DNA from: an uncultured delta proteobacterium
GTDB taxonomy: Bacteria; Desulfobacterota; Binatia; Binatales; Binataceae
Direction of reading: 5' to 3'
Length of the DNA stretch: 64,000 nt
NCBI GenBank assembly: GCA_963808235.1
Contig: CAWEEQ010000004.1
Location: 1,952,001-2,016,000 of the forward strand
Both the position numbers and the translations under genes were made by a program. Shown piece after piece: positions 8,313-18,163 of the stretch; the stretch's first letter is position 1; each line of letters opens with the position of its first letter. A model generated the notes under the pieces. The model was not told where the DNA came from and searched no databases. It saw nothing but the letters and a program-made list of their open reading frames with translations.

Positions 8313-11084
8313 TCAGGGATGCGTGGCATCTGATGGGCTTGTCAGGTCGTCACCGAGTTTCTTCATCTCGGCGCCAAACTCCGACCAGTCTCCCGCGCGA
8401 ATGGCAGCGAGTGCGCGATTATAGTGTTGCGTCGCGCTCTGCATGTCGGCCTTCGGTGCGTTTTCTGCGGGCGGCTGCAAGCCCGGCTCCGTCGCGACTG
8501 CCTTGGCGATGGTCGGCGCGGGCGGCTGCTGATTCATGAACAACGCCGCCATCGTGAGGTCAAGCGTATCGCCCATAACGACTCGGTCGCTGTACGACGC
8601 GATCACCCGCTGCAACTCGGGCAACTGGCCGTTCTCCGCGCGAATAAACAACGGCTCGACGTATAAGAGCGAGTCCTGGATCGGGATAACGAGCAGGTTT
8701 CCGAGCAGGACTTTCGAACCCATCTGATTCCACAGCGAGAGCTGGCGGGAAATCTCCGGGTTCTGATTAATTCGCGCCTGGATCTGGTACGGACCGTAAA
8801 AGAGCCGATCTTTCGAGAACGAATATTCGAACAAATGGCCGTAGTCCGCGCCGTCGCATCGCGCCGCCATCCACGCGATCATGTTGTCGCGTCCGGACGG
8901 CACCATCGGGAGCATCAGCATGTACTCCGCTTGCTTCTCGCCGGGCAGGCGCATGATCACGTAGTAGGGCTGCATCGGGACCGTCTGCCCGGCATAGCTC
9001 TCACGCGGCGCGCCCCACAAATCTTCGCGGTTATAGAAAACCTGCGGGTCGATCATGTGATAGGTGCGGTAAGTATCGGCCTGGACCAGGAAAAAATCTT
9101 CGGGGTAGCGGATATGCGCGTGCAGATCGGGCGGCATCGCGGACATCGGCTTGAACATCGCGGGGAAGACGCGCTCCCAGGTCTGGACGATCGGATCCTC
9201 GGGGTCGGAGACATAGAAATCGGTATCGCCGGTGTACGAATCGACCACCACCTTGACTGAATTGCGGATGTAGTTGATCTGGTCGACGTTGCGCTGCGAG
9301 TACGGATACTGATCACTGACCGTGTAACAATCCAGGATCCAGACCATCCGGCCGTTGTGAATGACGGCGTAGGGATCGTGGTCGAGTTTCAGAAATGGCG
9401 CGATGTACGCGACTCGATCCGCGATATTGCGGCGCATCATGATCTTGCTGTTCTTTACGATATTCTCGGTGACCAGCAGATTGACGTCGCGGAAGTAGAT
9501 GCTGAACAGCAGGCGGCGCCACAAACCACTGACCGGCACGCCGCCCGAGCCGGCGTAATACGAGAACACGTTGTCCGCGCCCTTGGGGTAGTCGAATTCC
9601 GGAGTCGCCGAATTGACGACCGCGTAGTTGTCGCGCGCCTCGCCAAAGTAGACCGCGGGTTGATCGATCTTGAGGCCGACGTTCGATACCGCGGGGATAT
9701 CTTTCACATAGAAGACCGGCAGCCCTTCGGTGTCCTTCTTGTTCACCGGGCTCATCGCCAGGCCGGCGCCGTGGGTGAACTTGAGATGCTGATTCACCCA
9801 CGTCTGCGCGGTATCGGGCAATTGGTCGAGATTCATCTCGCGCGGCGAGAGCATCACCTCGGTGTACTTGCCCTGGATCCAGTAACGATCGATATCGACG
9901 TCGCGGAAATCGTAGTAGGTGCGGATTTCCTGCAACTGGCGATAAGTATCGATCAGCGGGCGAGGATCCCAGAGGCGGATATTCTTGACCGTCGCCGAAT
10001 CCTGATCGAGCGCCGCTTGGGTCAGAGTACCCTGCCCTGCGAATGGTTTCACATCGACGGTGTCGAGCTTGTATGCATGGCGGGTCATCGCGATATTTCG
10101 TTCGAGGTAGGGACGCTCGACGCGAAGCTCGTCGGGCTTCACCCACAGACGCTCGATCACCGGCTGGATAAGATTCATCACCAGCGCGGGTCCGAAGACC
10201 ACGACAAATGCGGCGACTGGAATCCTGAGCCCGCCCTCACGCGCATTCACGATGCACATCGCGGCCGCCCCGATCGCCAGCACGACCAGCACCCATAGTC
10301 CGGGCTGCCACAAAATTCGATCGACGTAGCGCAGTCCGAACACGACCCCGTCGGTATGCGTCAGCAGGTCGAACCGTCCGAGCCAGTAGCTCATCGCGCG
10401 CTGGAGGAAGAACAGTCCGAGCAGAACCGACAGTTGCGCGGCGGCGCCGGCGGTCACGCGCGGAGGAGACTCCTTGAAGTCGAGCGCTCCGCGAGCCCAA
10501 TAGACCGCGATCGCCATCGCCGCCGAGAGCACGACCAGCACCAGGAACAGATCGCGTATCTCCTGAAGCAGCGGCAGCGTGAAGATGTAGAAGCCGATGT
10601 CCTTGCCGAATGCCGGCTCGCGCAAGCCGAACGGCACGCCGTACATCGCCTTCAAGTAGGTGTCCCAACTAACGGCTTCGCCCTGGGCGACGAACAGCGC
10701 GAGCACGGCGGCGCCGCCCGCGACGATCACGCGCCATGGCACGCGCTCGCCAAGCGCGCGAATCAGCTCGGGCAGATTTATTTCGACCATCTCGTCGGGC
10801 CGCCGAACCACTCGCAGCCGCTCGCGATCGCGGCTGCTGCCAATCGCAATCAAGCCACTGACGAAGATTGCAGCGAACGCGACCAGCCATGCGATCAGGA
10901 AGATCGCGATCTCGGCGCCGACGGTGGTGTTGAAAACGCCTTTGTACCCGAGCGTGCCGTACCAGAGATAATCGACCAGCAGTTGATCGACCAGGCTCAA
11001 AGCCACCAGCGCGACGATGACGACTGCCGCCAGGCTTAAGACAATTGTTCGGGGGCGCATCAGTTTGGCTGGGCTATTCGCCAT
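8313..11084 (-). CDS. UPF0182 family membrane protein
   Basis: DYLWY..LGY, PAFGKDIGFYIFTLP, NIRLWDPRPL, YDFRDVDIDRY, FTHG, NYIRNSVK, RYPEDFF, LLYVEP. Confidence 0.95.
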   Translation of the reverse strand: MANSPAKLMRPRTIVLSLAAVVIVALVALSLVDQLLVDYLWYGTLGYKGVFNTTVGAEIAIFLIAWLVAFAAIFVSGLIAIGSSRDRERLRVVRRPDEMVEINLPELIRALGERVPWRVIVAGGAAVLALFVAQGEAVSWDTYLKAMYGVPFGLREPAFGKDIGFYIFTLPLLQEIRDLFLVLVVLSAAMAIAVYWARGALDFKESPPRVTAGAAAQLSVLLGLFFLQRAMSYWLGRFDLLTHTDGVVFGLRYVDRILWQPGLWVLVVLAIGAAAMCIVNAREGGLRIPVAAFVVVFGPALVMNLIQPVIERLWVKPDELRVERPYLERNIAMTRHAYKLDTVDVKPFAGQGTLTQAALDQDSATVKNIRLWDPRPLIDTYRQLQEIRTYYDFRDVDIDRYWIQGKYTEVMLSPREMNLDQLPDTAQTWVNQHLKFTHGAGLAMSPVNKKDTEGLPVFYVKDIPAVSNVGLKIDQPAVYFGEARDNYAVVNSATPEFDYPKGADNVFSYYAGSGGVPVSGLWRRLLFSIYFRDVNLLVTENIVKNSKIMMRRNIADRVAYIAPFLKLDHDPYAVIHNGRMVWILDCYTVSDQYPYSQRNVDQINYIRNSVKVVVDSYTGDTDFYVSDPEDPIVQTWERVFPAMFKPMSAMPPDLHAHIRYPEDFFLVQADTYRTYHMIDPQVFYNREDLWGAPRESYAGQTVPMQPYYVIMRLPGEKQAEYMLMLPMVPSGRDNMIAWMAARCDGADYGHLFEYSFSKDRLFYGPYQIQARINQNPEISRQLSLWNQMGSKVLLGNLLVIPIQDSLLYVEPLFIRAENGQLPELQRVIASYSDRVVMGDTLDLTMAALFMNQQPPAPTIAKAVATEPGLQPPAENAPKADMQSATQHYNRALAAIRAGDWSEFGAEMKKLGDDLTSPSDATHP

Positions 11085-11385
11085 GCGCGATTTGGCTCAC
11101 GTGTTCGCGCACGACATCAGGCGGGCAGAGCCAGATGAAAACCTTTAGGGCGATGTACCCGACGAGAATCCAGTCGAGTTCGCCGATGATTGGAATCATG
11201 TCGAGTTCCAGCGCCGGCGGCGTCAGCATGATCAGCAGGCCCATCACCGGCACCATCTTGGCCAGTCCGGACACTCGCGGGTCGGTGATCAGCCGATAAA
11301 ACAATCGCACAAACTGCGGCAGGTAAATGACGAGCCGGCTCAGTTGAAGCGGGCCGAGGAGTTGCATGCGAAGCATTCGGAACAT
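11074..11385 (-). CDS. DUF1232/YkvA-like small membrane protein
   Basis: RLITDPRVSGLAK...DMIPIIGELD...CPPDVVREH pattern. Confidence 0.8.
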   Translation of the reverse strand: MFRMLRMQLLGPLQLSRLVIYLPQFVRLFYRLITDPRVSGLAKMVPVMGLLIMLTPPALELDMIPIIGELDWILVGYIALKVFIWLCPPDVVREHVSQIAHGE

Positions 11386-11489
11386 CGGTGGCACCCGGTA
11401 GCACCATACTCTAGCACAGTGCGGCAGCAAAAATGACAAGCGTGGGTCGAAGCGCCGGCGCGAGCAAAAGTTCGCGTTGCATTAGTTTT

Positions 11490-11498
11490 TGTTACAAT
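11490..11498 (+). promoter_or_regulatory. extended -10 promoter element for the TPP decarboxylase operon
   Basis: TG-T-TACAAT in an AT-rich patch about 27 nt before the AGGAGG-preceded GTG at 11525. Confidence 0.45.
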
Positions 11499-11524
11499 TA
11501 ACTTCGGTCAAGAAGGAGGACGCG

Positions 11525-13219
11525 GTGAAGAGGCATATGGCGCTGGGCGATTTCCTGGTCGCCTATCTGCGCAAGATCGGCGTGCAGCACGTTTTCGGCA
11601 TCCCCGGCGACCTCGCGCTCAAGCTGTTCTTTGCGCTGGGGCGCCCGCATGGGCTGGAGATCATCACGCTTTCGCATGAGCCGGGAGTAGGCTTCGCGGC
11701 CGACGGATATGCGCGCGCGACTGGACGAATCGGGGTCGCATGCGTCACCTACGGCGCCGGCGGCCACAACATGGTCAATCCGGTCGCCGGATCTTTCTCC
11801 GAGCGCGTGCCGATCCTGATTTTCTCCGGCGGTCCCGGCGAGGAAGAACGCAAACTCGGGACCTTGATCCATCACCAGGCCCGTGAGATCGAATCGCAAC
11901 ATCGCATCTACAAGGAAGTCACTTGCGCGTCGGCGGTGCTGACCGAGCCGCGCACCGCCGCGATGGAATTGCATCGCGTGGTGCGCGCCATCTGGGCCGA
12001 GCAGCGGCCGGGCTACATCGAGATACATCGCGACATGGTCGATCGACAGATCGAAGTTCCCGATGAATTAATCGAATGGGATGGGCACCTGCACTTCGAG
12101 GAATCCAACTCCCGAAAGGTTGAAGAAGCAGCGCGCGAGACCGCGGCGATGTTCAACGAGAGCCGCAAGCCGGTGCTGATCGCGGGTATCGAGATCCATC
12201 GCTTCAAGGCGTCGAAGGAGCTGGTGGACCTCGCGGAGCACATGGGCGCGCCGGTGTTTACCACGGTGCTCGGCAAGGGCGCGTTCCCGATGGACCATCC
12301 GCTTTACATGGGCGTGCACGTCGGTCCGATCAGTCCGCCGTCGATCGTCGCGCGTATGGACGAAGCCGACTTCGTGCTCAACCTCGGATGCCTGAAGACT
12401 GACATGAACTTCGGCAACCGGCCTCCGCACGTGATTCAGGGCAGGACGGTGTGGTCGGTCGATCGCAAGGTCGAGGTCAAGTATCACACCTACACCGACG
12501 TCGGCGTGCGCGATTTCGTACGCGGATTGCTGCGTGAGAAACTCAAGCTTCATCACGAGAAGGTCCATTACGCCGACAATCTTCGCGAAGTAGCCGCGCG
12601 CAATGGCAAGCCGGTGAAGGTCAGCGAGATCCTGGCGGTGGTCAACGAGTTCCTTGCCGACAAGCGCGAATACCTGGTGGTGGCCGAGTCAGGCGACATG
12701 CTGTTCGGCGGTCTGGATATCCGAGTGCCGCACGACGGCGGATACCTGGCGCAGGGATTTTACGCTTCGATGGGATTTGCGGTGCCGGCCGCGCTCGGCG
12801 CGCAAATCGGGAGCGGGCTCCGACCGCTGGTGCTGTGCGGCGACGGCGGCTTTCAGATGACCGGGCCGGAAATTTCGCAAGCGCCGGCCAAGGGCGCGAA
12901 TCCAATCGTGCTGGTGATCAACAACGGCGGATGGGGCATCTTCAGGCCCATCGCGGAGCGGCGCGAGTTGCTCGAGATACCGCCGTGGCCATATGCGCAA
13001 CTCGCGCGCGATTGGGGCGGCGCAGGATTCGAAGCGACCACGGCTGCGGAGCTGAAAGACGCGCTGCAGGCCGCGCACGACAACCAGTCGTTCGCGATAA
13101 TCGACGTGCGCGTCGAGCGTGACGATTTATCGCCGGTGACCGTGAAGTATATAAAGGCGGCGGCAAAACGCTCGCAGTCGCCGGCCGAGCGCGGCGCGCG
13201 CGGAAATTCGCGTATATGA
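11525..13219 (+). CDS. TPP-dependent alpha-keto acid decarboxylase (indolepyruvate/phenylpyruvate decarboxylase family)
   Basis: FGIPGD, HEPGVGFAADGYAR, LIHHQ, TPP motif GDGGFQMTG...NNGGW. Confidence 0.9.
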   Translation: MKRHMALGDFLVAYLRKIGVQHVFGIPGDLALKLFFALGRPHGLEIITLSHEPGVGFAADGYARATGRIGVACVTYGAGGHNMVNPVAGSFSERVPILIFSGGPGEEERKLGTLIHHQAREIESQHRIYKEVTCASAVLTEPRTAAMELHRVVRAIWAEQRPGYIEIHRDMVDRQIEVPDELIEWDGHLHFEESNSRKVEEAARETAAMFNESRKPVLIAGIEIHRFKASKELVDLAEHMGAPVFTTVLGKGAFPMDHPLYMGVHVGPISPPSIVARMDEADFVLNLGCLKTDMNFGNRPPHVIQGRTVWSVDRKVEVKYHTYTDVGVRDFVRGLLREKLKLHHEKVHYADNLREVAARNGKPVKVSEILAVVNEFLADKREYLVVAESGDMLFGGLDIRVPHDGGYLAQGFYASMGFAVPAALGAQIGSGLRPLVLCGDGGFQMTGPEISQAPAKGANPIVLVINNGGWGIFRPIAERRELLEIPPWPYAQLARDWGGAGFEATTAAELKDALQAAHDNQSFAIIDVRVERDDLSPVTVKYIKAAAKRSQSPAERGARGNSRI

Positions 13220-13243
13220 TGATTTCTGGACGACTGACTACTG

Positions 13244-14872
13244 ATGGCTGACGACGACGCAATCGCAAAGTATCGCCTTGACTATAGTAACTTCAGGTGG
13301 GACGTGCCGGAGTTCTTCAACTTCGGCGCGACCATAGACAAGTTCGCGGAAGATCCTCGTCGCGTCGCGATTCTCTGGGAAGACTCGGAGGGCAGACGCG
13401 CGCGCTTAACATTCGCAGACATCGCGCAGCAGTCGTGCCGTATCGCAAACGTTCTGGCCGGTCTCGGAATCAAGCGCGGCGATCCGATACTGCTCGTGCT
13501 GCCGCGAATCACGCTTTGGCAAGCGGCTTATATCGGCGCGCTGCGCGTCGGCGCAATAGTAATCCCATGCACCTCGATGCTGCGGGAGAAGGACCTCGTC
13601 TATCGCGCGAACCATTCCGGCGCGCGCGCGATAATCTCCACCTTCGAGAACGCCACGATGGTCGCCGAGCTGCGCAAGCAGTGTCCCTCGATTGAGCATT
13701 ACCTGATCACGGGCGCCGCTCGCACCGGATGGAAAAGTCTGCAGGAGTGGATGCGCGAGGCGACCCCAACTTTCAAGACCGCTAATACCAGGTCGTCCGA
13801 GCCGGCGATTTGTTACTACACTTCCGGTACCACCAAGGAGCCCAAGGCCGTCCTCCATAGTCATGGCTATAGCTACAGCCATCGATTTACCGGGCTCAAC
13901 TGGCTCGACGTAAAGCCAGACGAAGTACATTGGACGACCTCCGACACCGGATGGGCGAAGGCCGCGTACGGAGTGATATTCGGGCCGTGGATGAATGGCG
14001 TGACGACGTTCATGTACAACGGGCGTTTCGATGCGCAAAAGGAACTGGAATTACTCAGTCGCTACGGAGTTGGCACCTTCTGCGCGCCGCCGACTGAGTA
14101 TCGGATGCTGATCAAGGAAGATCTGGAGAAATACAAGTTCCCGAAACTGCGGCATTGCACTGGCGCGGGCGAGCCGCTCAATCCCGAAGTGATCGAAGTA
14201 TGGCGCGAGCGGCTGGGGCATACGATCCACGACGGATATGGGCAGACCGAATCGATCATCCTGGCGGCCAATATACCGGGGATACCGGTCAAGCCCGGTT
14301 CGATGGGACTGCCGTTTCCCGGCCACGACGTTCGCGTAGTTGACAATACGATGAACGAAACGAAAGTCGATGAAATCGGGGAAGTCGCAGTGCGGGTTAA
14401 ACCGGAACGACCGCCGTCGCTGTTCCTCGAGTATTGGAAAAATGCGGAAGAGACCGCGAGCGTCTTTCGCGGCGATTGGTACCTGACCGGCGACCAGGCC
14501 ACGCGCGACGCCGACGGCTACCTATGGTTCGTCGGACGCGCCGACGACGTGATCATTTCGGGCGGTTACCGAATCGGCCCGTTCGAAGTCGAGAGTGCGT
14601 TGCTCGAGCATCCCGCGGTGATGGAATCGGCGGTGGTCGCGAGTCCCGACCCCGATCGCGGCTCAATCGTGAAAGCCTTCGTGAAGCTCAGGCCCGATGC
14701 GGAGCGCAGCTCGGCGCTGATCGTCGAGCTGCAGGAGCATTGCAAGCGAATCACGGCGCCGTACAAGTATCCGCGCGAGATCGAGTTCATCGACGAGTTG
14801 CCCAAGACAGTCAGCGGAAAAATCCGCCGCGTCGAACTACGCCGCCAGGAAGAATCGCGCAAAGGCAAGTGA
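13244..14872 (+). CDS. medium-chain acyl-CoA synthetase (AMP-binding, ACSM-like)
   Basis: YYTSGTTKEPK, DTGWAK, GYGQTE, YLTGD, GRADD, LPKTVSGKIRR. Confidence 0.95.
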   Translation: MADDDAIAKYRLDYSNFRWDVPEFFNFGATIDKFAEDPRRVAILWEDSEGRRARLTFADIAQQSCRIANVLAGLGIKRGDPILLVLPRITLWQAAYIGALRVGAIVIPCTSMLREKDLVYRANHSGARAIISTFENATMVAELRKQCPSIEHYLITGAARTGWKSLQEWMREATPTFKTANTRSSEPAICYYTSGTTKEPKAVLHSHGYSYSHRFTGLNWLDVKPDEVHWTTSDTGWAKAAYGVIFGPWMNGVTTFMYNGRFDAQKELELLSRYGVGTFCAPPTEYRMLIKEDLEKYKFPKLRHCTGAGEPLNPEVIEVWRERLGHTIHDGYGQTESIILAANIPGIPVKPGSMGLPFPGHDVRVVDNTMNETKVDEIGEVAVRVKPERPPSLFLEYWKNAEETASVFRGDWYLTGDQATRDADGYLWFVGRADDVIISGGYRIGPFEVESALLEHPAVMESAVVASPDPDRGSIVKAFVKLRPDAERSSALIVELQEHCKRITAPYKYPREIEFIDELPKTVSGKIRRVELRRQEESRKGK

Positions 14873-14877
14873 GTCGT

Positions 14878-15612
14878 TTAGCGGGGCGAGGTTGGCGACG
14901 ATGCCGGTGCGGACGGAGTCGGCGAGGTGGCCGCTTCTGCCGCCTGCAACGGGAGGGCGGTGCGGAATTGCGGTTGGAGCATCAGGGAGCCGATTGCGCG
15001 AGAGAGCGCTACCGACAGAGATTCGGCTGGAAGGGTCTCTAGCGGGAGGAAGACTTCGGCGCCGACTGGCGTTGGCGGTTCGGTTTCCATTCCGGTGATC
15101 TCGCCTGTGTACAGCTCGGCGCCTTCGCGATTCTTAAGTTTAATCTTGGCGCGCACCACGGACTTCATCGAGAAGTACTGGCCATGAACGGTCTGCTCGT
15201 CGCCGAATCGCTTATTCACTTCGAGCTGCTCGAGGTCGGAGGTGAGGATGAAATCCGAACCCTCAGGCGGTTTCCCGTCGTTCGGGTTTGAGTCGAGCGC
15301 GATCGGGGTCAGACCCGCGCCCACGAGGCCTTTGATCAGCGCGTCGGTGAACGCGTGCGCGGGATCGGAGACGCTCAGCAGTTTCTCGGCGGTGCCGTCG
15401 GGCTTGTAGATCTTTCCCACATCGACGTGGCCGGAGGCGAGCGAACTCGTGGCCGGCGCCACGGCAATCTTTACCGGACGAAAGACATTCTGCGAACCGG
15501 GCACGAAGCCCGGCAGATAATGCAAATCTATTTGCGTGTTCGGGCGGCATCCTGAAAGCACGAGCGCGAGTGCGGCAATCGTGACACCTGCGATACCGCG
15601 CTTAGAGTTCAG
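14878..15612 (-). CDS. putative lipoprotein (YajG-like), probable non-canonical start
   Basis: In-frame extension upstream of the called GTG gives NSKRGIAGVTIAALALVLSGC (signal peptide plus lipobox). Confidence 0.7.
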   Translation of the reverse strand: MNSKRGIAGVTIAALALVLSGCRPNTQIDLHYLPGFVPGSQNVFRPVKIAVAPATSSLASGHVDVGKIYKPDGTAEKLLSVSDPAHAFTDALIKGLVGAGLTPIALDSNPNDGKPPEGSDFILTSDLEQLEVNKRFGDEQTVHGQYFSMKSVVRAKIKLKNREGAELYTGEITGMETEPPTPVGAEVFLPLETLPAESLSVALSRAIGSLMLQPQFRTALPLQAAEAATSPTPSAPASSPTSPR

Positions 15613-16231
15613 GACGCGATACGACGGGATGGCGGCCTCTCCAATAAAATAGGAAAACCACGATTACGAAGAGGAATCCTGCGGCGCCAATCCATCGCGA
15701 CGCCTGATGCGCCACGGACGCGGCCCGGTACAACTCGTCGCCCACGAGATAGCCGACCGTCACCACCAGCGAGCACCAAACGATCGCGCCGAGCACGTTC
15801 CATCCGAGAAACTGAAAGAACGGCATCCCGCATGCGCCCGCCATCGGACCCGCCATAAATCTCGCGCCGGTGATGAAGCGCGCCATGAATACCGCCTTGC
15901 TGCCGTGAGTCTGAAAGAAGACTTGCAGGCGGTCGTAGCGCGTGCGCATAAACTCGAACCTGGAAGCCAGGCGAATCAGGAGCCGCTGGCCGCCGGTGCG
16001 CCCGATGATGTAGCCGCAGCAGTCGCCGGTGACTGCGCTCAGAATCACGACGACATAGACGAATCGCAAATCCAGGATGAAGCGGCCGGCAAGGAAGCCC
16101 GCGGCGAGCATCACCGTTTCCTCGGGCACGGGAATCCCGAGATTACCGATGAAGACGGAAATGAAGATCCCCAGATAGCCCCACGTCGCGAGCCACGCCG
16201 CGATTTTGGCGGGATCCGTCATCACGTGCAT
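15602..16231 (-). CDS. DedA family membrane protein
   Basis: LGIPVPEETVMLAAG, GDCCGYIIGR, AVFMARFITGAR, F..WNVLGAIVW. Confidence 0.95.
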   Translation of the reverse strand: MHVMTDPAKIAAWLATWGYLGIFISVFIGNLGIPVPEETVMLAAGFLAGRFILDLRFVYVVVILSAVTGDCCGYIIGRTGGQRLLIRLASRFEFMRTRYDRLQVFFQTHGSKAVFMARFITGARFMAGPMAGACGMPFFQFLGWNVLGAIVWCSLVVTVGYLVGDELYRAASVAHQASRWIGAAGFLFVIVVFLFYWRGRHPVVSRPEL

Positions 16232-16384
16232 CGGAAACTCGTTTGTCGCGAAGTCGGCTCCACTGCCTCCCCTGCCCTCGGCGCTCGCTAGCTTGCTGAT
16301 TGAGTCTGCCAGCGTAGAACGCTTTTGGCTAGTCAGGTGCTAAAATTGCGCGTTTCGGAGCGTCCACCGTGCGGGTGCACTCCG

Positions 16385-18163
16385 CTATGCAGCCGAATCG
16401 ATCGAAAGCGTCGATTCGGCAGTCCGACGGCGCTCCGTTCGCACCAGCACGATCGCGGCGAGAGTCGTTAGTAACGTGATCGCGAACCCGTAGAGCGCGG
16501 GCGAGGCCCGGTATCTTAGAACCACTTCACTCTTGCCAGCCGTAACCGGCACCGCGATTAATCCATCGTCCGAAGAGAATGCGCGGCCGCCGCCGGACAT
16601 GGTCTGCCACAAGGGATCGTAATTTTGATTGACGACCAGGACGGAGGCTGCCGGCGCGTCTACTTCGAAGCGCATTCCGTTTGGCGTCCACTTCTCGAGC
16701 CGCACCGTTCCGGGACCTTTGAGATATTGCTCACCCAGGTAGCCGGCATCGTTCCATCCTTTGGCCTCCGTCGGCCAGTCGGTGTACTGGTAGCAATTCA
16801 CAACCCCTTGATGATCCCGAATTACACTGGATTCGGCGAGTGCGGGGTCGCGCCGATCCTGGACAAAATCAGTCCGCACTGGATTGTGAGGGACTTCCCA
16901 CATCCACACGTAGTGCAAGTCAGGTTGACCGACGAGCATCAGATCGACGCCGCCAACGAGGATGAGAAAAGCGCAAACCGCGAGTGCGCCGGGCGATCCG
17001 CGACTGCACGCGTTGTCGATGCCCATCCCGGCCATCACTGCGACCATCAGCACGAATGGAATCAACAGGCGCGATGGCAAACGGGTCGAAGAAAAAAGCG
17101 GCATCCGGTGCAGCCATACGTACAGGGAGTTTGGACCGGTCCATCCTCGAGAAAGGTGGAAGAGGACGATCGCGGTGAGAATCCATGGCAGGGCCCTGCG
17201 CGGAGACATGAACCCGGCCAGCGCGATCACCGCGAATAAGCCGATGTATGCGCCTGATTCCCAGAAGCCCCACCCGTTCAAACTCGGTCGATCGTGATCC
17301 TGGTAGCGAGACAACAATGCACTATCCAGTGCATAGAAAGTGTTCGAGTACCCTACGTCGGTCGGGCGGGGATGCGACGCGATCACTTTCATCGCCGGCA
17401 AGCCCTTAACCGCGCCGAATCCAGCGGCAAAAACCACCGCGACAAATAGCGCGATCAACGGACGCGCACTCAGCTGCATCGCGGCTCGGCAAGCCAACAC
17501 CAGCGCGAGGGTCAGTCCTTCGAACAGCGGTGGATATGGGCTGCCCTCGAAGAAGCTTACTGCTATGAGCGCTCCGCACAGCGCCGCGTATCGAAGCCGT
17601 CCTCGCTCCGAGGCGGTCCACCCGGTCGCAATTATCCAGGGCAGGTACACGAAAATCATGATGACTAGATGGCCTGCGGAAGCGCGCAGATAAAACCACG
17701 AGCTCGCGGCAAACGCAGTGCCGATGCAGATTGCCGCGATGCGTCTCATTCCGAGCACTCGGCCCAGCACATAACCGCCGGACCAGGCGATCGCCTGGTA
17801 AATGAATACTTCGAGATGCAGGCCAACCACCGGGCCGAAGATCATCGTGAGAACGAACCATGGGGTCAGAAAATGCGACTGGGGATCGCCGAGCAGCGGC
17901 ATACCGCCGCATTCAAACGGATTCCAGAGCGGAATCTGATGGTATCGGCGGACCGCCCAATACGCGGCCCATTGAGAAGCAGAATTTAAATCCCAGTCGT
18001 CGAACGTACCCCCAGTCGTCAGATGGGCAATCAGCGGGAAACAGAAAATCAGTGCAAACGCAGTGCTCGCGACGGCAGTTATGATCGCCTCGCGCCGGGT
18101 GAAACGTCCGCGCTCGAGCAGGACCTCAGTCAAGTTTGCGAGGATCCGTTTCAGTTGGTTCAC
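16385..18163 (-). CDS. polytopic membrane protein, YfhO-like / GT-C glycosyltransferase fold
   Basis: Acidic motif FDDWD after TM1, PLWNPFECGGMPLLGDP, about 11-13 TMs, C-terminal LVVNQNYDPLW domain. Confidence 0.75.
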   Translation of the reverse strand: MNQLKRILANLTEVLLERGRFTRREAIITAVASTAFALIFCFPLIAHLTTGGTFDDWDLNSASQWAAYWAVRRYHQIPLWNPFECGGMPLLGDPQSHFLTPWFVLTMIFGPVVGLHLEVFIYQAIAWSGGYVLGRVLGMRRIAAICIGTAFAASSWFYLRASAGHLVIMIFVYLPWIIATGWTASERGRLRYAALCGALIAVSFFEGSPYPPLFEGLTLALVLACRAAMQLSARPLIALFVAVVFAAGFGAVKGLPAMKVIASHPRPTDVGYSNTFYALDSALLSRYQDHDRPSLNGWGFWESGAYIGLFAVIALAGFMSPRRALPWILTAIVLFHLSRGWTGPNSLYVWLHRMPLFSSTRLPSRLLIPFVLMVAVMAGMGIDNACSRGSPGALAVCAFLILVGGVDLMLVGQPDLHYVWMWEVPHNPVRTDFVQDRRDPALAESSVIRDHQGVVNCYQYTDWPTEAKGWNDAGYLGEQYLKGPGTVRLEKWTPNGMRFEVDAPAASVLVVNQNYDPLWQTMSGGGRAFSSDDGLIAVPVTAGKSEVVLRYRASPALYGFAITLLTTLAAIVLVRTERRRTAESTLSIDSAA

